Origin: Synechococcus elongatus PCC 6301
GTDB taxonomy: Bacteria > Cyanobacteriota > Cyanobacteriia > Synechococcales > Synechococcaceae
Direction: 5' to 3'
DNA length: 32,000 nt
NCBI RefSeq assembly: GCF_000010065.1
Contig: NC_006576.1
Location: forward strand, 1,740,001 to 1,772,000
The notes under the pieces were generated by a model that did not search any database, was not told the origin of the DNA, and saw only the letters and a list, made by a program, of their open reading frames with translations. A program made the position numbers and the translations under genes. The stretch's first letter is position 1; every line of letters starts with the position of its first letter. Positions 1-10,794 of the stretch are shown in pieces.

Positions 1-97
1 GTTTACACCTGGCGGTGAAGTCAACCAAGAGCAGTTCTACGTGGCGCGGATTCGCATGAAGCCCGACGGTCAAGGCGACTTTGAGTTGTTGCCCTAA
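1..97 (+). CDS. C-terminal end of a probable ABC-transporter solute-binding protein (partial, runs off the 5' edge)
   Basis: Frame 2 is open from the window edge to TAA 95-97 (...EQFYVARIRMKPDGQGDFELLP*). The stop overlaps the ATG of the next gene (TAATG), as expected for the binding-protein gene of a livJHMGF-type operon. The fragment is too short to identify by sequence alone. Confidence 0.4.
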   Translation, partial: FTPGGEVNQEQFYVARIRMKPDGQGDFELLP

Positions 98-1038
98 TGG
101 ATTGGTTGCAACCGCTGATCAATGGTCTGGCCATCGGGGGCGTCTATGCCCTGTTTGCCTTGGGGTATACCTTGGTCTTTTCGATCCTGGGGGTCATTAA
201 CTTTGCCCATGGTGCCGTTTTTACCCTCGGTGCCTACCTGACTTACGCTCTAGTGGGTGGGCGTTTCAGCTTCAACGGGTTGCTCGCCAATGCCGCGCTG
301 CCCTTCAGTTTGCCGTTCGCCTTGGCTCTGCTGCTCGGCAGTTTGCTGGCCGGCGGTGCCAGCCTCTTGATTGAGCAAGTGGCCTTTCGTCCCCTGCGCC
401 GCCGCCAAGCGGATCCCCTCCTAACCCTGATCTCCAGCCTTGGCGTGGCGGTGTTTATCGTCAATTTGATTCAAATCTTGGTGGGAGCCGAGATTTACAC
501 CTTCCCAAGCAACATCTACGGCGACCTACCCAGTGCCATCAACTTAGGCAGCAGCGATCGCCCGATCCAGATCCGCACGGTGCAAATCATCCTGTTTGTC
601 GTGGCGATCGCGATGTTCAGTCTGCTGACTTGGCTGATCAACGGCACCCGCGTTGGCCATGCCCTGAAAGCTGTTGCCGAAGATGCCACCACCGCTAGCC
701 TGCTGGGCATCGATCCCGATCGCTACATCCGGCTGACCTTCTTCCTGAGTGGCGTCCTTGGTGGTTTGGCGGGCACCTTGGTCGGTACCAGTGTCAGTAT
801 CACCGGCCCCTATTTCGGGATTGCCTACGGGCTGAAAGGCCTGAGTGTGATGGTCTTAGGTGGACTCGGCAATATTCCCGGCACGATTGCGGGCGGCTTG
901 TTGTTGGGTCTGGCGGAAGCTTGGGTGCCGCCACAATGGTCGGGCTATCGCGATGCCGTTGCCTTTGCGCTGCTATTTGCCATGCTCTTGATCCGTCCCC
1001 AGGGCTTGTTTAGTCGTGCTCGGACAGAGAAGGTGTAG
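97..1038 (+). CDS. livH: Branched-chain amino acid (HAAT family) ABC transporter permease, LivH-like
   Basis: 313-aa multi-pass hydrophobic ORF. LINGLAIGGVYALFALGYTLVFSILGVINFAHG at the N-terminus and GNIPGTIAGGLLLGLAE near the C-terminus are typical of LivH/BraD permeases. LivM-, LivG- and LivF-like genes follow it. Confidence 0.9.
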   Translation: MDWLQPLINGLAIGGVYALFALGYTLVFSILGVINFAHGAVFTLGAYLTYALVGGRFSFNGLLANAALPFSLPFALALLLGSLLAGGASLLIEQVAFRPLRRRQADPLLTLISSLGVAVFIVNLIQILVGAEIYTFPSNIYGDLPSAINLGSSDRPIQIRTVQIILFVVAIAMFSLLTWLINGTRVGHALKAVAEDATTASLLGIDPDRYIRLTFFLSGVLGGLAGTLVGTSVSITGPYFGIAYGLKGLSVMVLGGLGNIPGTIAGGLLLGLAEAWVPPQWSGYRDAVAFALLFAMLLIRPQGLFSRARTEKV

Positions 1039-1041
1039 AGC

Positions 1042-1965
1042 ATGGGCAATGTGGTCGCCACCTACGGGTTTCTGTTGGTTTCGATGCTGCTGGGCGCGAC
1101 GCTGGGTCTGTCAGTCTATCTGCCGCTGATGGCAGGACAACTATCCTTGGCATCGCCCGCTTTCTATGCTCTGGGCGGCTATCTGGCGGCCATCCTCTCG
1201 ACGAAAGGTCTGACTGCCAGCCCTGAATACAGTGTTGGGGCTTTGCTGCTAGAGATGGGTCTTGCAGCGATCGCGGCGGCGGTTCTCGCCTTTCTGGTCG
1301 GCTATCCGGTGCTGCGGCTGCGCGGCATTTATCTGGCAATCGCCACGATCGCGCTCGTGGAAATTGTGCGGGTTGTCGCACTGAATCTCTCGATCACGGG
1401 CGGTGCCGTCGGCATTTTTGGGATTCCCCAGCCCTTTAGCTCGGCGGTTGGCTACCTCTGGATTGCCTTGCCGCTGCTGCTGATCGCAGTTGCTGCCTGC
1501 TGGCGCCTGCAACAGGTGCGGACTGGCCTAGTGCTGGCCGCAATCCGTGAAGATGAACTCGCAGCCAGTGCGATCGCGGTCAACACAACCCGCTACAAGG
1601 TGCTGGCCTTTGTGCTGGGGGCGGTTCTGGCCAGCCTTGTCGGAGCGGTTAGCGCCCACTTCCTCAATACCTGGAACCCGCGCCAAGGCACCTTTGATGC
1701 CAGCATCACCTTTCTGGCCTTTGTGCTGATCGGCGGATCGCGCAGTGCCTTTGGCCCTGTGTTGGGCGGGATGGTGCTGACTGCCTTGCCAGAACTATTG
1801 CGGGCGATCGGTTCGGTGCCGGGCTTGTGGCCGGGACTGAGTCGCCTCTTGCAGGACGGTCGCCTGTTGATTTTTGGGCTGCTGCTGGTCTTGGGCAGCA
1901 TCTATTTCCCGCAGGGATTGATCAAGCCCCGCGCCAGCCAGCCACGCCGACGGAGGACCTCATGA
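1042..1965 (+). CDS. livM: Branched-chain amino acid (HAAT family) ABC transporter permease, LivM-like
   Basis: 307-aa hydrophobic ORF starting 4 nt after the livH stop. LRLRGIYLAIATIALVEIVR and REDELAASAIAVNTTRYKVLAFVLGA resemble LivM/BraE permeases. Confidence 0.9.
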   Translation: MGNVVATYGFLLVSMLLGATLGLSVYLPLMAGQLSLASPAFYALGGYLAAILSTKGLTASPEYSVGALLLEMGLAAIAAAVLAFLVGYPVLRLRGIYLAIATIALVEIVRVVALNLSITGGAVGIFGIPQPFSSAVGYLWIALPLLLIAVAACWRLQQVRTGLVLAAIREDELAASAIAVNTTRYKVLAFVLGAVLASLVGAVSAHFLNTWNPRQGTFDASITFLAFVLIGGSRSAFGPVLGGMVLTALPELLRAIGSVPGLWPGLSRLLQDGRLLIFGLLLVLGSIYFPQGLIKPRASQPRRRRTS

Positions 1966-2723
1966 GCCTCCTGCAGCTCGAGCAAGTGACGCGCCGCTTT
2001 GGTGGCCTTGTTGCGGTCAATCAAGTCTCCTTCAAGGTCGAAGTGGGTGAGATCTTTGGACTGATTGGCCCCAATGGTGCGGGCAAGACAACGCTCTTCA
2101 ACTTGATCACCGGCTTACAACCGTTAAGCGGCGGTGAGATTTGCTTTCAGGGCGATCGTCTCGATCGCCAGCGACCGGATCAGATCGCGCAGCGGGGCAT
2201 TGCCCGAACATTTCAGAACCTGAGGCTGTTCAATCAGCTATCAGTGTTCGAGAACGTGCTGGTGGCGCGTCATCGGCAAGCTCGTACTTCTCTGTGGGAT
2301 GAGCTGATCGGGTCGAGCCGAGCGACCCGTCAAAGTCGAGGCGATCGCCGCCGTGTGCAGGAATTGCTGGAGTTGCTCGAGCTGAGCGATCAAGCGGATC
2401 AGCCCGCTGCCAGTTTGGCCTATGGCGATCGCCGCCGTTTGGAAATTGCCCGTGCGCTAGCGCTAGAGCCGCAACTCTTGCTGTTGGATGAGCCTGCAGC
2501 TGGACTCAACCCTCGGGAAAAACAGGATTTAAGCGATCGCATTCGGGCGATTCGGGAGCAATTCCAGCTGACGGTGGTTTTGATTGAGCACCATGTGCCG
2601 CTGGTGATGGGTCTGTGCGATCGCATTGCGGTATTGGATTTTGGGCAATTGATTGCCCTTGGCGATCCGGCCACGGTTCGCCAGGATCCGGCTGTGATTG
2701 AGGCATACCTAGGCGATGAGTGA
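1962..2723 (+). CDS. livG: ABC transporter ATP-binding protein, LivG-like
   Basis: ATG 1962 overlaps the livM stop (ATGA). Walker A is GPNGAGKTT, the signature-like motif is LAYGDRRRLEIARAL and Walker B is LLLLDEPAAG. The C-terminal PAVIEAYLG is typical of LivG. The ORF-track start at 1827 lies inside livM and was not used. Confidence 0.9.
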   Translation: MSLLQLEQVTRRFGGLVAVNQVSFKVEVGEIFGLIGPNGAGKTTLFNLITGLQPLSGGEICFQGDRLDRQRPDQIAQRGIARTFQNLRLFNQLSVFENVLVARHRQARTSLWDELIGSSRATRQSRGDRRRVQELLELLELSDQADQPAASLAYGDRRRLEIARALALEPQLLLLDEPAAGLNPREKQDLSDRIRAIREQFQLTVVLIEHHVPLVMGLCDRIAVLDFGQLIALGDPATVRQDPAVIEAYLGDE

Positions 2724-3429
2724 GCCCCTGCTGCAACTGAGTCAGATCGCAGTGAACTATGGGGCTGTGGTCGCCCTGACTGACTTGACGCTCGAGATTT
2801 TTCCGGGCGAGATCGTGGCGCTAATCGGGGCGAATGGCGCCGGCAAAAGCACGACCCTACGGGCAATTTCTCGCCTTGTGCCGCTTCAACAAGGCCGGAT
2901 CTACTACGACCAGCAGGATCTGGGTTTGATCCCAGCGCCGCAACTGGTGGGACGAGGACTAGCGCATTGTCCTGAGGGTCGCCGTGTCTTGGCTCGTCAG
3001 AGTGTGCGGATCAATCTGGAACTTGGAGCTTACTGTCGGCGCGATCGCATTGGAATTCAAACGGATCTAGAGCTGCAATTCGATCGCTTTCCGCGCCTGC
3101 GGGAACGACAGAATCAACCGGCTGGTACCCTCAGTGGCGGCGAGCAACAGATGCTGGCGATCGCCCGAGCGTTGATGAGTCGTCCTCGCTTGCTGCTGTT
3201 AGATGAACCGAGCTTGGGCCTAGCTCCTCAGATCGTCCAAGAGATTTTTAGCGTCATCCGCAGCTTGCGTGAGCAAGGTATGACGATTCTCTTGGTTGAG
3301 CAGAATGCTACTTTGGCGCTCCAGACTGCCGATCGCGGCTACGTTCTGGAGGCAGGACAACTGCTCTTCTCAGGGCCAGCAGCGGATCTGCTGATTGATC
3401 CCCGCGTCAAGCAAGCCTATCTGGGCTAG
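2716..3429 (+). CDS. livF: ABC transporter ATP-binding protein, LivF-like
   Basis: Walker A is GANGAGKST, the signature is LSGGEQQMLAIARAL and Walker B is LLLLDEPSLGL. The C-terminus is VKQAYLG. The start overlaps the livG end by 8 nt. Confidence 0.9.
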   Translation: MSEPLLQLSQIAVNYGAVVALTDLTLEIFPGEIVALIGANGAGKSTTLRAISRLVPLQQGRIYYDQQDLGLIPAPQLVGRGLAHCPEGRRVLARQSVRINLELGAYCRRDRIGIQTDLELQFDRFPRLRERQNQPAGTLSGGEQQMLAIARALMSRPRLLLLDEPSLGLAPQIVQEIFSVIRSLREQGMTILLVEQNATLALQTADRGYVLEAGQLLFSGPAADLLIDPRVKQAYLG

Positions 3430-3595
3430 GAGCAGCCGGCGCTCCAACGAGTTGGCTGTATTGCATTTAGCAAGAAAATCAGGACTTTTGTGTCTAAGCT
3501 GCCTAGTCTCCAACCCGTGGTCACCACCGGCAAGTTTTACCCGCCGCGATCGCGATCCAGCCGATCAGTCGCACCCGAAATCTTGTTGCGGGGGG

Positions 3596-3650
3596 CTGGG
3601 GGAGTCGAGTCCCCCAGTGCGTGGGTGTGGGGGTGCGCAATCACCCCCAC
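3596..3650. terminator. Two adjacent GC-rich stem-loops between convergent livF and gyrB (candidate bidirectional terminator or structured RNA)
   Basis: CTGGGGGA (3596-3603) pairs with TCCCCCAG (3610-3617). GTGGGGGTG (3627-3635) pairs with CACCCCCAC (3642-3650). Neither stem has a clear U-tract on either strand, so the terminator call is tentative. Confidence 0.3.
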
Positions 3651-3834
3651 GGACAGAGGCTGTTGAATCCAAACCAACCAACTCAAAAATCGTCCTAACC
3701 TTCCTGCAGAATGCTATGGGCACCAACAAACGCCGCATTGACCGGCACTAGGATGCCTTAGCCGACTGCTGTTTGCTGAAGACTCGTTATGGCGGCAGAG
3801 CAAGACTGATGAGGAATTGCGACGGGCTGGGACT

Positions 3835-5832
<1,998 letters not shown>

Positions 5833-5893
5833 TCAAAATACTAGCACAAAAGCCTTAAAGCCGCTTCTGGATGGCTCTCAAGGCGCGATCGCA

Positions 5894-6820
5894 GTGGAGA
5901 TGGAATCGCGTTTGAAACCAGGTTTGATTGTCCTCTGTGGGCCAACGGCGGCAGGAAAATCGAGTTTGGCGATCGCGATCGCCCAGCGTTTGGGCAGCCC
6001 AATTTTGAGTGCTGATTCGCGGCTGGTTTATCGCGACTTTAATATTGGCACCGCCAAGCCCACCCCTGCCGAGCAGCAGCAGGTGCCCCACTATTTAATG
6101 GATCTCTGTGATCCCCGCCAAGTTTTTACCGTTGGGGATTATCAAGATTGTGCAGTGCCACTGATTCAGCAACTCCAGGAAAAAGGAATGCTGCCCTTGT
6201 TGGTAGGGGGTACAGGTCTCTACATCAAAGCGATCGTCAACGGTTTACGCTTTCCCCGCATTGCACCGCAGCCTAAGCTGCGATCGCAACTTCAAGCGTT
6301 AGGTCAGCCACTCTGTCATGCCCTATTACAGCGGGTTGATCCGGTGGCTGGCGACCGAATTCATGTCAATGATCGCGTTCGGACCTTGCGAGCCTTAGAA
6401 GTCTTCTATGTCAGTGGCGATCGCCTGACGGATCTGCAGCAGGAGCAACCGCCGAGCTATCCAATTCTGCAGATTGGCTTGGATAGCGATCGCTTAGAAG
6501 CCAGGATTCAGCAGCGCACCCAGCAGATGTTAACGTCGGGCTTCGTTGAGGAAGTGCAAGGATTGTGCGATCGCTACGGTAGCGATCTGCCGCTGCTCAA
6601 TACCCTGGGCTATCGCCAGGTTTGTGCTTTTCTACAGGGAAGTTTGAGTCGGTCAGAGTTGCCAGAGCAAATCGTCCTGCAGACGCGCCAGTATGCCAAA
6701 CAGCAGCGCACTTGGTTCCGGGCCGATTCATCGATTCAGTGGATTGATGCCGAAGCCGGCAATCGCCTGGAGCGGGCGCTAGACCTGATTGAGCGCTTCC
6801 GAAAGAGTGAGGGCGTTTGA
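5894..6820 (+). CDS. miaA: tRNA dimethylallyltransferase
   Basis: The P-loop LIVLCGPTAAGKS, then SADSRLVYRDFNIGTAKP, VGGTGLYIKA and RQYAKQQRTWFR, are classic MiaA blocks. The start is GTG 5894 or ATG 5900. Confidence 0.93.
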   Translation: MEMESRLKPGLIVLCGPTAAGKSSLAIAIAQRLGSPILSADSRLVYRDFNIGTAKPTPAEQQQVPHYLMDLCDPRQVFTVGDYQDCAVPLIQQLQEKGMLPLLVGGTGLYIKAIVNGLRFPRIAPQPKLRSQLQALGQPLCHALLQRVDPVAGDRIHVNDRVRTLRALEVFYVSGDRLTDLQQEQPPSYPILQIGLDSDRLEARIQQRTQQMLTSGFVEEVQGLCDRYGSDLPLLNTLGYRQVCAFLQGSLSRSELPEQIVLQTRQYAKQQRTWFRADSSIQWIDAEAGNRLERALDLIERFRKSEGV

Positions 6821-6914
6821 GCTAAGCTTCAGTCCCTACATCAAGCTCGGGGTCGAAGAGTGCTGAGAGCATAAGCACAAGCTTCGAGAAACGTGGCAAG
6901 GGGGAAACAGCTGC

Positions 6915-7190
6915 TCAGCGACCGTATTTGTAGCCAGCCGCGAGAGCCTCCTCGAAGCACGACTTCAGGCTAGGACTCTCATCCAAGAGCTGTCCAACCA
7001 CCAAGTGTGGATTTGCGATTGTAATCCGCTCATTGCGACTGCGACGATCGGACTGATATTGCCATTTCAGATGGTGCAGGCCGAGCTGCTGGAAAGCAGA
7101 CCCTAAAGCGCAGTACTCGCTTGTGCCCCAGTCTTCGATCTCCACAATCACAGTGGCCCAAGCTACCTGCTCGTAGCGGCACAGCCGCAA
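6915..7190 (-). CDS. Hypothetical protein (weak call, possibly a gene remnant)
   Basis: 91-codon ORF with host-like GC content but no ATG anywhere in frame; only TTG 7190 or internal GTGs could serve as a start. An in-frame TAA lies two codons upstream. I recognise no family. Confidence 0.3.
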   Translation of the reverse strand: MRLCRYEQVAWATVIVEIEDWGTSEYCALGSAFQQLGLHHLKWQYQSDRRSRNERITIANPHLVVGQLLDESPSLKSCFEEALAAGYKYGR

Positions 7191-7272
7191 CAGTTAGGCT
7201 GCAGAGCAAGCTGAACTGCGAAGATCTTGATCGCAGCAATTGAGAGGCAGGGGATTTTGCAGTGCCAAGAAC

Positions 7273-7881
7273 CTACGGCTGGCGGGGTTTGAGTCGTGAG
7301 GGCTTGCTTGGTGCTGGCTGAGAAGCTGGCGTCTGCAGCTCTGAGACTTTGCAGTCCTTCTTCAGGAATAAGTCAGTCAAATGTTCGCGGCGGGCGGTCG
7401 CCGTCCCTAGTTCACCGCCAAGCTTCATCAACTCTCCTTGGCTGGTCTCGAGTTCAGCTATTTGGGCTTCCAAAGCACTGAATTCGGCGGCTTGGGCTGC
7501 AGAGCTGGCAAGGCTGCCGACAGTACTAGTAATCAGGCCCGCACCTGGAATCAAACCTGCGAGGCCACTAAGCGTACTGATGGCGCTGGATGCCCCCCCA
7601 ATACCACCAGCAGAGGAAGTCATGGCGCGGCTCGTGCGACTGACTTTGTCCATCAGAGCTTCGTACTGGGTTTGGCGATCGCGGATCGTTGTTTCCAGAT
7701 CCTGCACTTCGGTGTAGAGCTGGGCACAGGTCAGCTCGCCATCGCCGAGTTTTTTGACTGGGCCGGTGGGAAATACCCCTTCGGAATCGAGCAGAGGGTC
7801 AAAAGTTTGAGCAAAGGCAGCACCGATACTCGAACTCAAGAGCATGGGGACGAGCAAAAGCTGACTCAGGAGCCAACGCAT
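7273..7881 (-). CDS. Hypothetical secreted/periplasmic protein with a coiled-coil-like C-terminal half
   Basis: It has an ATG start and a signal-peptide-like N-terminus (MRWLLSQLLLVPMLLSSSIGAAFA|Q). There is a Ser/Gly/Ala-rich centre, a heptad-like segment EFSALEAQIAELETSQGELMKL and a Pro/Lys-rich tail. Confidence 0.6.
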   Translation of the reverse strand: MRWLLSQLLLVPMLLSSSIGAAFAQTFDPLLDSEGVFPTGPVKKLGDGELTCAQLYTEVQDLETTIRDRQTQYEALMDKVSRTSRAMTSSAGGIGGASSAISTLSGLAGLIPGAGLITSTVGSLASSAAQAAEFSALEAQIAELETSQGELMKLGGELGTATARREHLTDLFLKKDCKVSELQTPASQPAPSKPSRLKPRQP

Positions 7882-7952
7882 AGTGGTGTCTCTCGGAAAG
7901 GTTAGGACTGCTGGAGACTGGGGCGATCGCTGCCTTCGCAGTGAACCCCAAG

Positions 7953-8171
7953 TTATGCAGCGGATTGCAGTTGATCGAGTCGCAACCAGACATTGGGCGT
8001 TGGGCGCGAGAAGCGAACAAGGGCATAGTCGCCTTTGATATCCAAGATCTCGCCGTTGGTTTCGAGCACATAGCTGGGAATGCGACCGTCACTGGCCAAC
8101 AGTTCGACGCTGCCTTGAAGTTGCTCGGCGATCGCACGAACCAAAGATCCTTTCTTGAGGGCTGCAGCCAT
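7953..8171 (-). CDS. ndhO: NAD(P)H-quinone oxidoreductase (NDH-1) subunit O
   Basis: 72-aa [12 protein letters not shown] and [25 protein letters not shown] match my recollection of cyanobacterial NdhO sequences. The size also fits. Confidence 0.75.
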   Translation of the reverse strand: MAAALKKGSLVRAIAEQLQGSVELLASDGRIPSYVLETNGEILDIKGDYALVRFSRPTPNVWLRLDQLQSAA

Positions 8172-8478
8172 GGGGCTTATCCGAGGAGCAATACGCCCCT
8201 CATTGTAGGCAGAGTTGGCGATCGCAACAGTTCAGGGACCTGATCAGAGATTGATGAAAATCATAAATTTAGGAATGATGACCTGACAGAACAGCCTTAG
8301 TTCTTATTTATTTAATAATCCTGAAGACTGGCAGCAAAGCTTCATTGAGACTTGACCTAGCGCTTTGGTAAACGCCGTGTTTGAACAAGGTTTGTATCCC
8401 GTGTAGCTAGTTACGGATCAGGTTGACTAAAGTCCGGCAGAATAGAATTAGATTTAAGAGAAGAGGGCCAGACGGTCT

Positions 8479-10059
8479 ATGGCTCGACGATGGGTCCACA
8501 AAAAACGCAACAGCAGCGATCGCGGCTATATCCTAGGCATCGTAATTGTCCTTGCCTTAGTTCTAGGGGTTAGTGTCGCTGCCCTAGCGCTCCGGAGTGC
8601 TGGTGAAAAAGCTGGGTCGAGCCAGCGGAATAGTGTTGATCTGAGCCTTTCAGCAGCAGAAATCGGTCAAGACCGCCTCTTTGCTAATCTCAATGGAGTT
8701 TTTGGACCTTATGCCTCAGCGGCGTTCCCTGATACAACGACAGGAGTTGCAACGACCGCAACTCGTTCTTGGGCACAACTCAGAACAGTTCTGACTTCGG
8801 GAGGGACAGCTAACGCTAATCCCTGCTCAACTCCAACTCCAGACTTTAATATCCTCACGACAGTTGGAACGAGTACTTTAGGAAATAGTGGTCAGCTGAG
8901 TTGGCAGTTGGTTAGCTATAAGCCTCAGGCTAACAATACAGCCCGGGTCGTCATGCGGGGTTTCCAAGGTACAAGTAGCTCAAACATACGAACAGAAGTT
9001 GAGCGAACCTACGCCACACGTCGAGTAACAGCCTTTAATACTGCTTCTACGTTTCCTGCACTGCTGACGGGCAGTGTGACACTAGGGAACAACGATGTAA
9101 TTTCTGTCGTAGATCCAAATACAGGACAATCTGTTTGTAACGCTAATGTTTACTGTCTAACTTGTACCGGTATTAATAATTTTGGCCAGAACCCTCAAAG
9201 TGTTGTTGATGGTGACTTGGTTTATCGTGCAACAACACCCGACGCCGATGGGAACTCTCTACTAAGTAATGGCATTGACTGGAATCAGAATACTAATTTT
9301 CCAGCTCCTAAGGTATGGCCAGGTTATCCAACAATCCCTATTCCTTTTTCTGCAGTAACTAACTTGCAAATTGCAGCTCTTTTTGCGGCACCTTCTTCTA
9401 CTCTAAATCCTGGGTTCTACAATGACTTAGGGGGTAGGCTAAGCCCAAGTAACCCGCTAGATTTACGGCTGAATCCAGATATCACAGGAAGTATCACTCT
9501 TCCGCGCTCAACTGATGTTATTGGAGCAAATGGAGCCTACAACTATTTAGTCCGGGATGTAACAACCAACGGTAATGAGTTTATTCGCGTCAATACGCCT
9601 GGCTGCGAAGGTGTAACCCCCGTCCCAACTTCAACCTGTAAGCCAGTTTATCTATATGTCGTGGGTGACGTGAATGCTGATTTCTTGCATACAAACTCGC
9701 CCACTGGGACTACAACGGTTAATGAGCCGGAAGACTTTGTGATTTTTGGTCGGCCTGGTGACTACACTGCCTCTGGCATTGATCAGACCATTACTATCAA
9801 TGGTGGCTCGCGAGTAACCAGTGCTTTAGTGGTCGCTCCCCGCGCACGAGTAGGCGTCAACGGGGGGTCTAACAACCCAGACTTTTACGGTGCTGTCTGG
9901 TCAAAGGAATGGAATGGCTCTAGTAGTAATAACGTTGAGATTGTTGTTCCCCTCGACATTGCTGAGAGAGCAAGAGAATTCTACAATTCACCCCGTCCAA
10001 CGGTCCTTCGCCTGAACTTCCTAGATATTTGGAGAGCAGGGGGTACGTTTAATCCATGA
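8479..10059 (+). CDS. Large PilX/GspK-like minor pilin (cassette 1), putative pilus-tip protein
   Basis: 526 aa. A basic N-terminus is followed by G|YILGIVIVLALVLGVSVAALAL, a prepilin-like hydrophobic helix without Glu at +5, as in PilX_N/GspK-type proteins. The rest is Asn/Thr/Ser/Gly-rich. It is a paralogue of 11617-13104. Its stop overlaps the next start (ATGA at 10056). Confidence 0.75.
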   Translation: MARRWVHKKRNSSDRGYILGIVIVLALVLGVSVAALALRSAGEKAGSSQRNSVDLSLSAAEIGQDRLFANLNGVFGPYASAAFPDTTTGVATTATRSWAQLRTVLTSGGTANANPCSTPTPDFNILTTVGTSTLGNSGQLSWQLVSYKPQANNTARVVMRGFQGTSSSNIRTEVERTYATRRVTAFNTASTFPALLTGSVTLGNNDVISVVDPNTGQSVCNANVYCLTCTGINNFGQNPQSVVDGDLVYRATTPDADGNSLLSNGIDWNQNTNFPAPKVWPGYPTIPIPFSAVTNLQIAALFAAPSSTLNPGFYNDLGGRLSPSNPLDLRLNPDITGSITLPRSTDVIGANGAYNYLVRDVTTNGNEFIRVNTPGCEGVTPVPTSTCKPVYLYVVGDVNADFLHTNSPTGTTTVNEPEDFVIFGRPGDYTASGIDQTITINGGSRVTSALVVAPRARVGVNGGSNNPDFYGAVWSKEWNGSSSNNVEIVVPLDIAERAREFYNSPRPTVLRLNFLDIWRAGGTFNP

Positions 10060-10649
10060 AGAGAATTCATAAACGATCGCGCCGGTCGCAGTTAGGCTTC
10101 TCACTGGTCGAGATCCTAGTCGCTGCTATTCTGACTGTCCTCTTAGCTCAAGCAACTGCGGCTGCTTTAAGAATTTCAGTCCAAACTCAAAATCGGGCCA
10201 GCACTGAAAACTCTTTTGAAAATGCCATTGTTGCTGATTTAGAGCAAGTTAGAGCTATCAATCGAAATCTTTGCCGTAATCCTAACTTTGATCGCACTGC
10301 AACAACTTCTCCTAACAACCTGAGCTATGGTCCTTTTGGTGACTGTGCTGGAACTATCTTTCAGGAAAGATGCCGGGCAACGGGCACCACACCCGGATTT
10401 GGTAATCTTCTCCAAGCGCAAGTCCCTAATTTTACGAGCCAGACTGTGATTGTGAATGGACAGACTTGGACTATATCTCGACAAACTCTTGTTCCCGATC
10501 GTCCTCTCAACTCAGGAGATGCCGGCTATGCAGAATCGAGTCAGTCAGTATTGAAGGTTAGATATGACTTGACTAGAGGAAGTACAACAATTGCACCGGC
10601 TTTTGTCACCGAGTTTGTTCCTGATGCAGTAGGCTCGTGTCAAGGATAA
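10056..10649 (+). CDS. Prepilin-type N-terminal cleavage/methylation domain pseudopilin, PilV/GspI-like (cassette 1)
   Basis: Canonical motif RRSQLG|FSLVEILVAAILTVLLAQATAAAL with Gly-1, Phe+1 and Glu+5. 197 aa with 4 Cys. Translationally coupled to the upstream gene. Confidence 0.8.
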   Translation: MKRIHKRSRRSQLGFSLVEILVAAILTVLLAQATAAALRISVQTQNRASTENSFENAIVADLEQVRAINRNLCRNPNFDRTATTSPNNLSYGPFGDCAGTIFQERCRATGTTPGFGNLLQAQVPNFTSQTVIVNGQTWTISRQTLVPDRPLNSGDAGYAESSQSVLKVRYDLTRGSTTIAPAFVTEFVPDAVGSCQG

Positions 10650-10794
10650 GTTAATTAACCCTAGTATTAAACTTTCTACTAGATTAAAGGTTTGCCCTTT
10701 CTAGCATGTCCATAGCATTCGTTTAATTCATTCTTTCATCCTGAAACTCAGTAGTCAGTATGACTCGTAGCCTAGCAACAGGAGAACTATCGAG

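Noticed and set aside
1827-1961. 45-codon N-terminal extension of the livG ORF given by the track
   Set aside because: It lies wholly inside livM in another frame. The ATG at 1962 overlaps the livM stop (ATGA) and gives the canonical LivG N-terminus.
3395-3751. 118-aa + strand ORF spanning the livF-gyrB spacer
   Set aside because: It starts inside livF and runs through the two GC hairpins. The product is Ser/Pro/Arg/Gly-rich with no recognisable domain and has no ribosome-binding context.
8423-8448. Promoter-like TTGACT ... TAGAAT upstream of the first pilin cassette
   Set aside because: Both hexamers are good, but the spacer is only 14 nt. I cannot support it as a sigma-70-type promoter without TSS data. 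TAGAAT alone could still serve as a -10 element.
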